The notes under the pieces are model-generated. The model did no database searches. It worked only from the letters and a program-made list of their open reading frames with translations, and was not told the origin of the DNA. Positions 48,039 to 58,141 of a stretch of DNA of 64,000 nt are shown one piece after another. The translations under genes were made by a program, and so were the position numbers. The stretch covers positions 1,344,001 to 1,408,000 of the forward strand of contig OY762825.2 in the NCBI GenBank assembly GCA_963666425.2, read 5' to 3'. How positions within the stretch are numbered: position 1 is the first letter of the stretch; each line of letters starts with the position of its first letter. This stretch comes from Bacillota bacterium (lineage in GTDB: Bacteria; Bacillota; JAAYKD01).

Positions 48039-49778
48039 ATGATCAAAAAACTAGTCAGCTGTGTGGGAGAATATAAAAAGGCCTCTATCTTCACACCGCT
48101 TTTTGTTACCATGGAAGGCGTCATGGAAGTGGCCATCCCATTTTTGATGGCACGCTTGATTGACAATGGGATTAATCAGGGAAATATGTCTGCCGTTTAT
48201 AAAATAGGCATATTACTCATTTTTGCTACCTTGATTTCATTGCTTTTTGGTGCTCTTTCCGGCCACTATGCCGCTGTTGCATCGGCAGGTTTTGCCAAAA
48301 ACCTGCGGCGCAGGATGTATTATAAAACCCAGGATTATTCGTTTTACAATCTTGACCGATTCTCGACTGCCAGCTTGGTTACAAGACTGACCACCGATGT
48401 AACGAACGTACAGCAAGCATTTCAAATGATCATCCGCATGGCGGTTCGCAGTCCTGTCTTGCTGGTATTCTCTCTGATCATGGCTTTCGACATCAATCCA
48501 AAGCTTTCTTTGGTTTTTTTCTGTGTCATCCCCTTTCTTGCTTTTGGTCTGTTTTTGCTGATCTCTCGTGTCCATCCTATTTTTGAACGAGTCTTTCGAA
48601 CTTACGATCAATTGAACAATGTAGTACAAGAAAATTTGCGTGGGATTCGCGTCGTCAAGTCTTTTGTACGGGAAGACTATGAAAAAAAGAAATTCAATCA
48701 GGTTTCACAAAGTATTTTTAAAGATTTTACCCTAGCGGAGAAACTGCTGGCCTTCAACAGTCCGATGATGCAGCTGTCCATGTATCTCTGTATTTTAGCA
48801 ATTTCGTATTTTGGTGCCAGAATGATCGTATCCGATACGATGACAACCGGCCAGTTGATGAGTATGATTTCCTATATTTCTCAAATTCTGATGAGTCTGA
48901 TGATGCTTTCCATGGTATTTGTCATGATCATCATTTCCCGTGCCTCTGCTGAGCGAATCGTGGAAGTGTTTGACGAACAAAGTGACCTGATTACGAAAGA
49001 AAATCCCGTCACAGAAGTGAAAGACGGCTCCGTTCGCTTTTGCCATGTTTCTTTCAGTTATGCTAAAGATATGGCTCATCTCTGCCTGAATGATATAAAC
49101 GTTGAGATTCTCAGTGGACAAACCATTGGTATTCTCGGTGCTACCGGCAGTGCAAAAACCAGCTTAGTTCAATTGATTCCACGCCTCTATGACGTTACAG
49201 CAGGCTCCGTTTTGGTTGGTGGAATTGATGTGCGCGATTACGATTTAGAGGTTTTGCGCAACTCAGTGGCGGTCGTTCTGCAAAAGAATGAACTTTTCTC
49301 CGGTACAATCAAAGAGAATTTATGCTGGGGAAATGAACAAGCCAGTGACGCAGAATTAATCCGTGCCTGCCGCTTAGCGAAAGCCGATGATTTCATTCAA
49401 ACTCTCCCTGATGGTTATCAGACTTATCTTGAACAAGGTGCTACCAATTTATCCGGTGGTCAAAAGCAGCGCCTTTGTATCGCTCGTGCTTTGTTAAAAC
49501 AACCCAAAATTCTGATTTTAGACGATTCAACCAGTGCAGTCGATACCGCAACCGACAGTCAAATTCGCCAATCCTTCCGTATGGAAATTCCCGATACCAC
49601 AAAATTTATTATTGCGCAGCGGGTCGCTTCCGTCATGGACGCCGATCAAATTATTATTATGAACAACGGTCAAATCGATGGGATCGGTACGCATCAAGAA
49701 TTAATGGCAAACAATGCCATTTACAAAGAAGTTTATCAATCTCAAAATAAGAAGGAGGAAAACGTTTATGCCCAATAA
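48039..49778 (+). CDS. Heterodimeric multidrug-type ABC exporter, subunit A
   Basis: TMD+NBD; degenerate Walker A GATGSAKT, LSGGQKQR, LILDD. Confidence 0.92.
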   Translation: MIKKLVSCVGEYKKASIFTPLFVTMEGVMEVAIPFLMARLIDNGINQGNMSAVYKIGILLIFATLISLLFGALSGHYAAVASAGFAKNLRRRMYYKTQDYSFYNLDRFSTASLVTRLTTDVTNVQQAFQMIIRMAVRSPVLLVFSLIMAFDINPKLSLVFFCVIPFLAFGLFLLISRVHPIFERVFRTYDQLNNVVQENLRGIRVVKSFVREDYEKKKFNQVSQSIFKDFTLAEKLLAFNSPMMQLSMYLCILAISYFGARMIVSDTMTTGQLMSMISYISQILMSLMMLSMVFVMIIISRASAERIVEVFDEQSDLITKENPVTEVKDGSVRFCHVSFSYAKDMAHLCLNDINVEILSGQTIGILGATGSAKTSLVQLIPRLYDVTAGSVLVGGIDVRDYDLEVLRNSVAVVLQKNELFSGTIKENLCWGNEQASDAELIRACRLAKADDFIQTLPDGYQTYLEQGATNLSGGQKQRLCIARALLKQPKILILDDSTSAVDTATDSQIRQSFRMEIPDTTKFIIAQRVASVMDADQIIIMNNGQIDGIGTHQELMANNAIYKEVYQSQNKKEENVYAQ

Positions 49779-51645
49779 ATCTCCGAAACCGCAAAATATG
49801 GGCATCACTGCGCAACGCCTCTTATCTTATATACTGCGGGATTATCGGTTACAACTCGTTTTTGTTGCCTTTGGTATCCTGGTCAGCGCTTTGGTTGGGG
49901 TCATCGGTTCCTTGTTCCTGAGAACTCTGATCGATGATTATATCACACCGCTTATGACAACCGTCAATCCTCTTTTTGACAAGCTTACCCAAGCAATCTT
50001 GATCATGGCGATGATTTATCTGACCGGCGTACTTGCAAACCTAATTTATAATCGAATCATGGTGACGATAGCGCAGGGTGTTTTAAAACGAGTCCGTGAC
50101 GAACTGTTCGCCAAAATGCAGTCGTTACCAATTCGCTATTTCGATACACATACACATGGTGATGTGATGAGTCTTTATACCAATGATACCGATACCTTGC
50201 GCCAATTGATCACACAGAGTCTGCCGCAATTGTTCTCTTCTGGCATTACCATTGTTGCTGTATTCTGCGCGATGCTATCCACGAGCATTGCTCTTACCGC
50301 TTTTGTGATGGGGTTTGTGATCTTAATGATTTCCATCACCCGCGGCATCGCCGGCAACAGCGCCAAATATTTCGTCCGTCAGCAAACCTCTCTGGGTAAA
50401 ACCAACGGTTACATTGAAGAAATGATCAATGGACAAAAAGTAGTCAAAGTTTTTTGCCATGAAGAAAAAGCCAAACAGGGTTTCGATGCCTTGAATGAAG
50501 AACTCTGCGCCAATGCGACACAGGCGAATCGGTTTGCCAATATATTCATGCCGATCATGGGAAATCTTGGCCACATGCAATACGTACTCCTCGCTATGTT
50601 GGGTGGTTATATGGCCATCTATCGTATCGGTGGTATGACACTGGGTGGTATCGCAGCTTTTCTGCAATTAAGCAGATCTTTTACCCAACCAATCAGTCAA
50701 ATCTCTGGTCAGCTGAATTCTATCGTCATGGCAATGGCTGGCGCTTCGCGTATTTTTAGCTTAATGGATGAAAAACCGGAGATCGATGAAGGGTACGTCA
50801 CACTGGTTCATGCTAAGGTTGTTCAGGATGTGCTGACAGAAACATCGGAATCAACCGGTCTATGGGCTTGGAAGTATCCTCATCATGACGGCAGCCTGAC
50901 CTATACCAAACTGCAGGGCAATGTGGTTTTCGAAGATGTTGATTTCGGTTACAGTCCGGAGAAAACCGTATTGCATCATATTTCACTCTATGCAAAACCC
51001 GGCCAGAAGATTGCCTTTGTTGGTGCAACTGGCGCCGGAAAAACAACTATCACCAATTTGATCAACCGTTTCTACGACTTGGCGGATGGGAAAGTCCGTT
51101 TTGATCAGATCAATATCAACAAGATAAAAAAGGATGATTTACGTCGTTCCCTTGGCATCGTGCTGCAGGATGTTAATCTGTTTACCGGCACGGTGATGGA
51201 AAACATTCGTTACGGTAAATTGGATGCGACAGATGAAGAGGTTTATGCGGCTGCCAAACGCGCTAATGCAGAAGATTTTATCAATATGCTGCCGCAAGGA
51301 TACCAAACCATCTTAACCGGTGATGGTGCCGGCCTTTCACAAGGTCAGCGTCAACTGCTTTCGATTGCCAGAGTTGCGGTAGCGGATCCACCTGTTATGA
51401 TTTTAGATGAAGCTACTTCCAGTATTGATACTCGTACTGAAGCGATCGTACAAAAAGGTATGGATGCCTTGATGCAGGGTCGTACCGTTTTTGTCATTGC
51501 TCATAGACTCTCTACCGTACGAAATGCCGATGTGATCATGGTTTTGGAGAATGGCAGCATCATCGAACGCGGTAATCATCAGCAATTGCTGGCGCAAAAA
51601 GGAAAATACTATCAATTATATACCGGTGCCTTTGAATTAGAATAA
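49768..51645 (+). CDS. Heterodimeric multidrug-type ABC exporter, subunit B
   Basis: TMD+NBD; GATGAGKTT, LSQGQRQ, ILDEAT, AHRL. Confidence 0.92.
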   Translation: MPNKSPKPQNMGITAQRLLSYILRDYRLQLVFVAFGILVSALVGVIGSLFLRTLIDDYITPLMTTVNPLFDKLTQAILIMAMIYLTGVLANLIYNRIMVTIAQGVLKRVRDELFAKMQSLPIRYFDTHTHGDVMSLYTNDTDTLRQLITQSLPQLFSSGITIVAVFCAMLSTSIALTAFVMGFVILMISITRGIAGNSAKYFVRQQTSLGKTNGYIEEMINGQKVVKVFCHEEKAKQGFDALNEELCANATQANRFANIFMPIMGNLGHMQYVLLAMLGGYMAIYRIGGMTLGGIAAFLQLSRSFTQPISQISGQLNSIVMAMAGASRIFSLMDEKPEIDEGYVTLVHAKVVQDVLTETSESTGLWAWKYPHHDGSLTYTKLQGNVVFEDVDFGYSPEKTVLHHISLYAKPGQKIAFVGATGAGKTTITNLINRFYDLADGKVRFDQININKIKKDDLRRSLGIVLQDVNLFTGTVMENIRYGKLDATDEEVYAAAKRANAEDFINMLPQGYQTILTGDGAGLSQGQRQLLSIARVAVADPPVMILDEATSSIDTRTEAIVQKGMDALMQGRTVFVIAHRLSTVRNADVIMVLENGSIIERGNHQQLLAQKGKYYQLYTGAFELE

Positions 51646-51652
51646 AATAAGC

Positions 51653-51700
51653 AAAAAGCAGGCAGCAGATCAAATGATCTGCGGCTGCCTGCTTTTTTTT
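51653..51700 (+). terminator. Intrinsic terminator
   Basis: AAAAAGCAGGCAGC...GCTGCCTGCTTTTTTTT. Confidence 0.85.
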
Positions 51701-51767
51701 TATCGCCGGAAGTGGTATGATAGAATCGTGAGGAAGATCATTTCAATTTTTATAACGAGGTGCGGCA

Positions 51768-52787
51768 ATGAAAGTATATTATGATGCCAGTCTGTGGCGC
51801 AAGAAAAAAGGAACGCTCGGATTGCCGCAGAAAATCAATTGGCAATTTGAACATGCCGGTAATACGCATTGGATTCCGGTCATCTACCGCTTCCCCAAGG
51901 GTATCGTGTTTGATTTGATTACCTTTCTGGATGAAGCAAAACTTGCCGAGTTCGTCGCCAAATACGAAAATATCGAAGACAAGCTGACTCCCTTACTGCG
52001 CCGTTGTGCCGAACAGGAGCATCCTTATCAATCGCTGCATTGGCAGGAAGTCTGGCTCAATGGTCAGAAGGCGGACCAGAATTATTCCTCCAGCAGCCGC
52101 CTGAGCGTTCCCTGGCAGCAGGAGGATGATGTGCTGCTGCCGCAGCGGAAAGCTTATGCCTCGATTCTGCAGCAAACCCGCTGTTTTGCCTGTACACGCT
52201 TTTGTCTGCCCTATCCAAAAACCAAATCTCCATGGCAAAAACTGGCGCGCGGGCTGCGGCTGAACAGAATTCAGGATCTGCGGCTGGTGACTTTGCCGGA
52301 GCAATGGTTTTCCCTGCTGGAACTCAAATTCAACATTACCGCCGCGGCGGAGACCAGAACCGTTCGTTTTACCCATCCAACCACCGCTGTCCAGCATACG
52401 TTATATTTCCAGGCACCGGAGGAAATTGAAATTCCTTTCGGTAATCAGGGAATTCGTAATTTTTACGCCTTTCATGGATTATATGAAATCGAGCCGGCCT
52501 TGCCTGCCGCCGACAGTCTGCAGTTTGGCAGCGGCAGTCAATTTATCAAATCGATTCAGCAAGCAGGTAAACTGAAAGGAGCCGCTGCCATCGGCATCAT
52601 CGGCGGAGCCGATGGTCCTACCTCCCTTCTACTGTCAGCCAACGGACAGCCATCCAGCGGTCCGCATGGCTTGCCGCTCTATGCCTGCCTCTCTTCTCCC
52701 ACCCTGAAAAAGGATCCCGTCGCCTATTTTGTGCTGGAAGGGATCAATACGATCAAAACACCCAGCCAAACTTATAGTCTCAAATGA
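51768..52787 (+). CDS. Hypothetical protein with isolated IGIIGGADGPT motif
   Basis: 339-aa ORF, GAGG RBS, own terminator at 52812-52846. Confidence 0.75.
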   Translation: MKVYYDASLWRKKKGTLGLPQKINWQFEHAGNTHWIPVIYRFPKGIVFDLITFLDEAKLAEFVAKYENIEDKLTPLLRRCAEQEHPYQSLHWQEVWLNGQKADQNYSSSSRLSVPWQQEDDVLLPQRKAYASILQQTRCFACTRFCLPYPKTKSPWQKLARGLRLNRIQDLRLVTLPEQWFSLLELKFNITAAAETRTVRFTHPTTAVQHTLYFQAPEEIEIPFGNQGIRNFYAFHGLYEIEPALPAADSLQFGSGSQFIKSIQQAGKLKGAAAIGIIGGADGPTSLLLSANGQPSSGPHGLPLYACLSSPTLKKDPVAYFVLEGINTIKTPSQTYSLK

Positions 52788-52932
52788 ATTTGCCGGCTTT
52801 GCAGCCTTACTAAAAACCGCAGTGCGTAACGGCGCTGCGGTTTTTTGCTGCCCGCTTCCCGCCCTGCGCAGGCACCCGCAATGGCCTCCTTTCTTTTCTT
52901 GTCATCAGGAAGAAATATTTTACAATTTGCTC

Positions 52933-52992
52933 TTGACAATTTTCTAAAAAGCAGTATACTAGCCTCATAGACACCCCCCCTGGGTGGGGGTA
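52933..52992 (+). promoter_or_regulatory. copA promoter with CsoR operator
   Basis: TTGACA (52933) / TATACT (52955), then C-tract/G-tract pseudo-palindrome ACCCCCCCTGGGTGGGGGT. Confidence 0.8.
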
Positions 52993-53005
52993 AGTCAGGA
53001 GGTTT

Positions 53006-55603
53006 ATGATGAAACAAAAATTCAATGTCACGGGTATGACATGCTCTGCCTGTTCGGCGCATATCGAAAAAAGTTTAAGCAAAACGGAAGGCGTCAATCA
53101 AATCGCAGTGAATCTGCTCGCCAATAATATGCAGGTGGATTATGATGAAACCAAATTAACGGAACAGGATATTTCCCGTTTGGTGGAAGACGCCGGCTAT
53201 ACTGCCGCTCCGGCCAACAGTAAAAAATCGGTGAAAGAAATCGCTGCCCCGCGGGAAAATCTTACTCTGAAGGAAGCACAGGAAAAAAAGCATCAATTCT
53301 TCTTTTCCCTTGTTTTCTTGCTGCCCCTGTTTTATCTTTCCATGGCAAAAATGTTAAAATTCCCGCTTCCTTCTATGTTCAGCGGCATGCCAAATATGCT
53401 GCCTTATGTCTTTACGCAGTTTTTGCTGGCCTTACCGATCGTCTATTTCAACCGCAATTATTTTATCACCGGGTTTAGAAGCTTATGGAAGCGTTCTCCC
53501 AACATGGATTCCCTGATCGCTGTCGGTTCATCCGCTGCTCTGCTTTACGGTATCTATGCGATCTATCAAGTTGGTTACGCTCTTGGCGTCGGCGATTTCG
53601 AACTGGCGATGCAGTTTTCCATGGATCTCTATTTTGAGTCGGCCGCGACGATCCTCACTTTGATCACCATGGGCAAATGGCTGGAAGCCCGCTCTAAGAG
53701 CAGAACTTCCGAGGCCATCTCCAAACTGATGGACCTGGCTCCCAAGACAGCGACCGTACTGCGTGACGGCGTGGAAGAGGAAATCTCCGTTTCCGATGTC
53801 ATCCCGGGTGATATTGTAATTGTCCGTCCGGGACAAAGTGTGCCGGTGGATGGGATCATCACCGAGGGCAATTCTGCCGTGGACGAAGCGGCTCTGACCG
53901 GTGAAAGCATGCCGGTGGAGAAGCAAATCGGCGATAAGCTGATTGCAGCCACGGTCAACAAAAACGGTTATCTGCAGTTCCGCGCCACCCGTGTGGGCGA
54001 CGATACCACCCTGGCCCAGATTATTCGCCTGGTGGAAGAAGCAAGTTCCTCCAAAGCGCCTATTTCCAAACTGGCCGATCAGGTCTCCGCTATTTTTGTC
54101 CCCACCGTCATGGCAATCTCGCTGCTGGCAACGATTGTCTGGCTGCTGCTGGGCTACCCCTTTGATTTTGCTCTCTCCATCGGCATCGCCGTACTGGTTA
54201 TCTCCTGTCCCTGCGCCTTGGGTTTGGCCACTCCGGTCGCCATTATGGTCGGCACCGGCAAAGGTGCTGAAAATGGTATTCTGATCAAATCGGCGGAAGC
54301 GCTGGAAATGGCGCACACCATCGACACGGTCATCCTGGATAAAACCGGCACGGTCACGGAAGGCAAACCGAGAGTAACCGACTTACTGACCCTGGGTTCT
54401 GTCAGCAGCGAAGAATTATTGCAGAAAGCGGCTGCCGTAGAAGCAAAATCCGAACATCCCCTGGCCGAAGCCATTCTGCTCCTCAGCAAAGAAAAAGGAA
54501 TTTCGATCCCGAATGCTGCTGATTTTCAAGTCACGCCCGGTCAGGGAATCAGCGCGGTTGTTAATGGTAAAGTGATTTCTGCGGGCAATTTAAAAATGAT
54601 GCAGGCCTTAGCGGTTGAAACGGCGGCATTGGTCTCCCAAGCGGATGCCTTCGCGGAAGATGGCAAAACCCCGCTCTATTTTGCGGAAGAGAACCAGCTG
54701 CTCGGCATCATCGCCGTAGCCGATGTGGTCAAACCCACCAGTGCGGCGGCGATTGCTGCCTTGAAAAAACTGGGCATTGATGTGGTCATGCTGACCGGTG
54801 ACAATCAAAGAACCGCTGCTGCCATCCAACGCAAAACCGGTATTGACCGCGTCGTAGCGGAAGTCCTGCCACAGGACAAAGAACAGGAAATTCGCAAACT
54901 GCAAGCCCAAGGCAAAGTGGTGGCCATGATCGGCGATGGTATCAACGATGCTCCTGCTTTGGCGCGAGCCAATGTGGGCATTGCCATCGGAGCCGGCACC
55001 GATGTCGCCATCGAATCAGCCGATATCGTATTGATGAAAAGTGATCTGCTGGATGCAGTCACTGCCATTGAATTAAGCAAAGCCGTGATCCGCAATATCA
55101 AACAGAACTTATTCTGGGCTTTCTTCTATAACATTCTCGGTATCCCTCTGGCAGCCGGTGTCTTTTACAGTCTCTTGGGTTGGAAACTGAACCCAATGTT
55201 TGCAGCCGCTGCCATGAGTTTCAGTTCCGTTAGTGTTGTGACCAATGCGCTTCGACTAAAACTATTCCGACCGCAGCTTGCCGCGCGGCAACGGAAAGAA
55301 GAAAGCAACGAAGCCCTCATGAAGTCAGAAGCTCTGTCTGTGCAAAACATTGACAGAGTGCTGAAAATAAAGGAAAATGAAAAAGGAGTGTTCACTATGA
55401 CAAAGAAAATGATCATTGAAGGTATGAGCTGTATGCATTGTGTCGGCAGAGTAGAAAAGGCGCTGAATGCGATTGCCGGTGTGTCCGGTAAAGTAGATCT
55501 TGCCAGTAAAACCGCCGTCATCACTTTATCCGCCCCAGTTGATGATGCTGTCTTAACAGCCGCCGTTACCAAGGCCGGTTATGAAGTTGTCTCTCTGGTT
55601 TAG
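53006..55603 (+). CDS. copA: Copper-translocating P1B-type ATPase with N- and C-terminal HMA domains
   Basis: GMTCSAC, TGES, CPC, DKTGT, HP, GDGIND, YN, GMSCMHC. Confidence 0.95.
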   Translation: MMKQKFNVTGMTCSACSAHIEKSLSKTEGVNQIAVNLLANNMQVDYDETKLTEQDISRLVEDAGYTAAPANSKKSVKEIAAPRENLTLKEAQEKKHQFFFSLVFLLPLFYLSMAKMLKFPLPSMFSGMPNMLPYVFTQFLLALPIVYFNRNYFITGFRSLWKRSPNMDSLIAVGSSAALLYGIYAIYQVGYALGVGDFELAMQFSMDLYFESAATILTLITMGKWLEARSKSRTSEAISKLMDLAPKTATVLRDGVEEEISVSDVIPGDIVIVRPGQSVPVDGIITEGNSAVDEAALTGESMPVEKQIGDKLIAATVNKNGYLQFRATRVGDDTTLAQIIRLVEEASSSKAPISKLADQVSAIFVPTVMAISLLATIVWLLLGYPFDFALSIGIAVLVISCPCALGLATPVAIMVGTGKGAENGILIKSAEALEMAHTIDTVILDKTGTVTEGKPRVTDLLTLGSVSSEELLQKAAAVEAKSEHPLAEAILLLSKEKGISIPNAADFQVTPGQGISAVVNGKVISAGNLKMMQALAVETAALVSQADAFAEDGKTPLYFAEENQLLGIIAVADVVKPTSAAAIAALKKLGIDVVMLTGDNQRTAAAIQRKTGIDRVVAEVLPQDKEQEIRKLQAQGKVVAMIGDGINDAPALARANVGIAIGAGTDVAIESADIVLMKSDLLDAVTAIELSKAVIRNIKQNLFWAFFYNILGIPLAAGVFYSLLGWKLNPMFAAAAMSFSSVSVVTNALRLKLFRPQLAARQRKEESNEALMKSEALSVQNIDRVLKIKENEKGVFTMTKKMIIEGMSCMHCVGRVEKALNAIAGVSGKVDLASKTAVITLSAPVDDAVLTAAVTKAGYEVVSLV

Positions 55604-55621
55604 ACGGAAAGGGACTGATGC

Positions 55622-55885
55622 ATGAAAGCCGATCGATCTGAAGTCAGTACTCTGCTCAAAACGGCCCGCGGCCAAATCGACGGCATCCTAAAAATGGTGG
55701 AAGAAGATCGCTACTGCATCGATATTTCGAACCAAGTCTTAGCTACCGTCTCCATCCTGAATAAAACAAATAAAGCGATTATCAAAGCCCATTTGGGCAG
55801 CTGTGTCCGTCAGGCGGTAGCGGAGGGCAACGATCAAGAGAAAATCGATGAAATCTTGGCGCTGCTGGATAAATTGACACGTTAA
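55622..55885 (+). CDS. csoR: CsoR family metal-sensing repressor
   Basis: RGQIDGI, RYCIDI, HLGSC. Confidence 0.9.
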   Translation: MKADRSEVSTLLKTARGQIDGILKMVEEDRYCIDISNQVLATVSILNKTNKAIIKAHLGSCVRQAVAEGNDQEKIDEILALLDKLTR

Positions 55886-56118
55886 TGTCAAGCCGCAGGT
55901 AAAGGCACCCTGGTAAGAGTTTTTGTCTTATTTTAACTCGGAATTTCTTTTTACTAAGCGATTCTGCTCTAACCTAGCGAACTACTTGATTTCCGAAAAT
56001 AAAATATTTCTAAAACCCCGCAGAAAATTACAGTTCTGCGGGGTTTTTCGTTGACAATAAATACCTTTCGTGATACTATCAGTTAGCTTACTATCAATTA
56101 ATAATAGAAATCAAGGAG

Positions 56119-57522
56119 ATGTTACAGTTTATGAGTGATAACACTCAAGTTAAGCACTTACGCGGCGATTTGACCGAGGGCAGCATAACCAAAAAATTGC
56201 TGATGTTTTCCCTGCCGATGATTGCCGGCAATCTTATTTCGCAGCTCTACAACGTGGTTGACACTATTGTAGTGGGTAATTTTGTCGGTTCGGATGCCGT
56301 CGCTGCCGTCAGTTCCAGTTTCCCACTGATGATGCTGTTCAATAGCTTATTCTTCGGTATTGCCATTGGCGCCAGTATTGTGGTTGCTCAAAATTATGGA
56401 GCCAAACGCCTGGAAATCGTCAATAAAACCATCAATACTGCTTTTGCTCTCATTTATATTGTCGGTGTGATCATCACGGTCGTTGGTTTGGCTTTCGCCA
56501 GGCCGATGTTGGAATTATTGGGAACACCTGCCAATATCATTGGCGATTCCACAACTTATCTGGCCATTATTTTTGCCGGCACCCTGGGCAACATCGCCTA
56601 CAATGTCGGCGGCGGCATCTTACGCGGTATGGGAGATTCCCGTTATCCGCTGATTTTTCTCTCAGTTGCCGCCGTGCTGAATATTTTCCTGGATCTGCTG
56701 TTTGTTGTTGTTTTTCATTGGGATGTGGCCGGTGTGGCCATCGCCACTATCATCTCGCATTTCGTTTCAGGCGCTTTAGTCCATATCCGCATCAATTCCG
56801 GTGTTTATCCGGTCCATGTTTCACCCAAAAGCATGCGGATTGACAAACCGCTGGCCAAAACCATTCTGCGCCTTGGCGTCCCCTCTGCCATACAGAATGT
56901 AGCCATGTCTTTGGGATCGGTAGTCATCCAATCCTTCGCCAACGGCTTTGGTTCCAACTATATCGCGGCCAATGCGATTGTGCAGAAGGTCGATGGTTTT
57001 GTCGTTATCCCGATGATGTCTTTCGGTATGGCTTTGAGTACCTTTGTCGGACAGAATGTGGGTGCCCGTAAACTCGACCGGGCGCATGAAGCAATCAATA
57101 CCGCTCTGCGCATCATTGTCGGCTTTGGTATCGTCCTGGGTATTCTGCTCTGGTTCTTTGGCGGCAATGTGATGCGCATCTTCACCGATAATCGGACTGT
57201 GCTCAGCATCGCCGGACAAGGCATTCGTATTCTCGCTTTCTTCTATTTCATCATGGGCCTCAATCAAAATTTGAGTGGTGCCATGCGTGGTGCCGGCGCT
57301 TCCTATGCGCCAATGGCCGTTTCCGTGATCGGTAATTTCTTTAGGATTCCGGTGGCGTACTTCATTGCCGTGCGGCCGCAGAACCAATACGGTTTGTTCT
57401 GGGCCATGGTCTTCTCGATCATCGTGCAGTTTGTCATGCTCTTCAGCTACTATCGCACCGGTCATTGGAAAACGCAAGGTGTGATTAAAGACGACGAAAA
57501 ACCCGTGATCGAGATCATGTAG
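56119..57522 (+). CDS. MATE efflux transporter
   Basis: DLTEG, YNVVDT, LRGMGDS, NIFLD; about 12 TM. Confidence 0.92.
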   Translation: MLQFMSDNTQVKHLRGDLTEGSITKKLLMFSLPMIAGNLISQLYNVVDTIVVGNFVGSDAVAAVSSSFPLMMLFNSLFFGIAIGASIVVAQNYGAKRLEIVNKTINTAFALIYIVGVIITVVGLAFARPMLELLGTPANIIGDSTTYLAIIFAGTLGNIAYNVGGGILRGMGDSRYPLIFLSVAAVLNIFLDLLFVVVFHWDVAGVAIATIISHFVSGALVHIRINSGVYPVHVSPKSMRIDKPLAKTILRLGVPSAIQNVAMSLGSVVIQSFANGFGSNYIAANAIVQKVDGFVVIPMMSFGMALSTFVGQNVGARKLDRAHEAINTALRIIVGFGIVLGILLWFFGGNVMRIFTDNRTVLSIAGQGIRILAFFYFIMGLNQNLSGAMRGAGASYAPMAVSVIGNFFRIPVAYFIAVRPQNQYGLFWAMVFSIIVQFVMLFSYYRTGHWKTQGVIKDDEKPVIEIM

Positions 57523-57667
57523 TTTTAAGCTTACTTTAGCAAATCAGTCTGCCTTGCTGCCGTATTTTACGGCAGCAAGTTTTTTTTGCCTGTGTTGTAA
57601 AATTCCCTTGACAGCCATATTGTTTTAAGTTAAAATATTATTAATTTAAAGGTATGGAGGGAATCAG

Positions 57668-58141
57668 ATGACTGAAGAGCAACGAAAACAACTGAACCGT
57701 TTTTTTGTCAAAACTTTTAACAGTGTCTTGCTGTGGGAAGATCGCGCACTGAGTGAGAGTGGGGTGAAAAACCTTTCTGTCAAAGAAATGCATGTCATAG
57801 AAACGGTCATCCGCATGCAGCTAGGGGCGGCGAACACGATGACACAAATTGCCGACCAGCTGAATATCACTGTCGGCGCTCTGACGACTGCTGTCAACAC
57901 CTTGGTGCAAAAAAATTACCTGCGCCGCCAATCGGATCAAACCGACCGCCGCCTGGTCTTCGTCTCGGCCACCGACAGCGGCTTGGAAGTGAATCTGCTG
58001 CATGATCAATTTCATAAACAAATGCTGGATTATGTTGCGGAAGAAATCGATGAAAACGATCTGGAACCGCTGACCCGCTCTTTGGAGCAATTATCCCTCT
58101 TTTTTGAAGCACTGGCCGCAAAAGAAACAAGGAGAAAATGA
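57668..58141 (+). CDS. MarR family regulator, FabT-like
   Basis: FNSVL..E, LSVKEMHVI, DRRLV, LHDQFHKQM resemble streptococcal FabT. Confidence 0.85.
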   Translation: MTEEQRKQLNRFFVKTFNSVLLWEDRALSESGVKNLSVKEMHVIETVIRMQLGAANTMTQIADQLNITVGALTTAVNTLVQKNYLRRQSDQTDRRLVFVSATDSGLEVNLLHDQFHKQMLDYVAEEIDENDLEPLTRSLEQLSLFFEALAAKETRRK

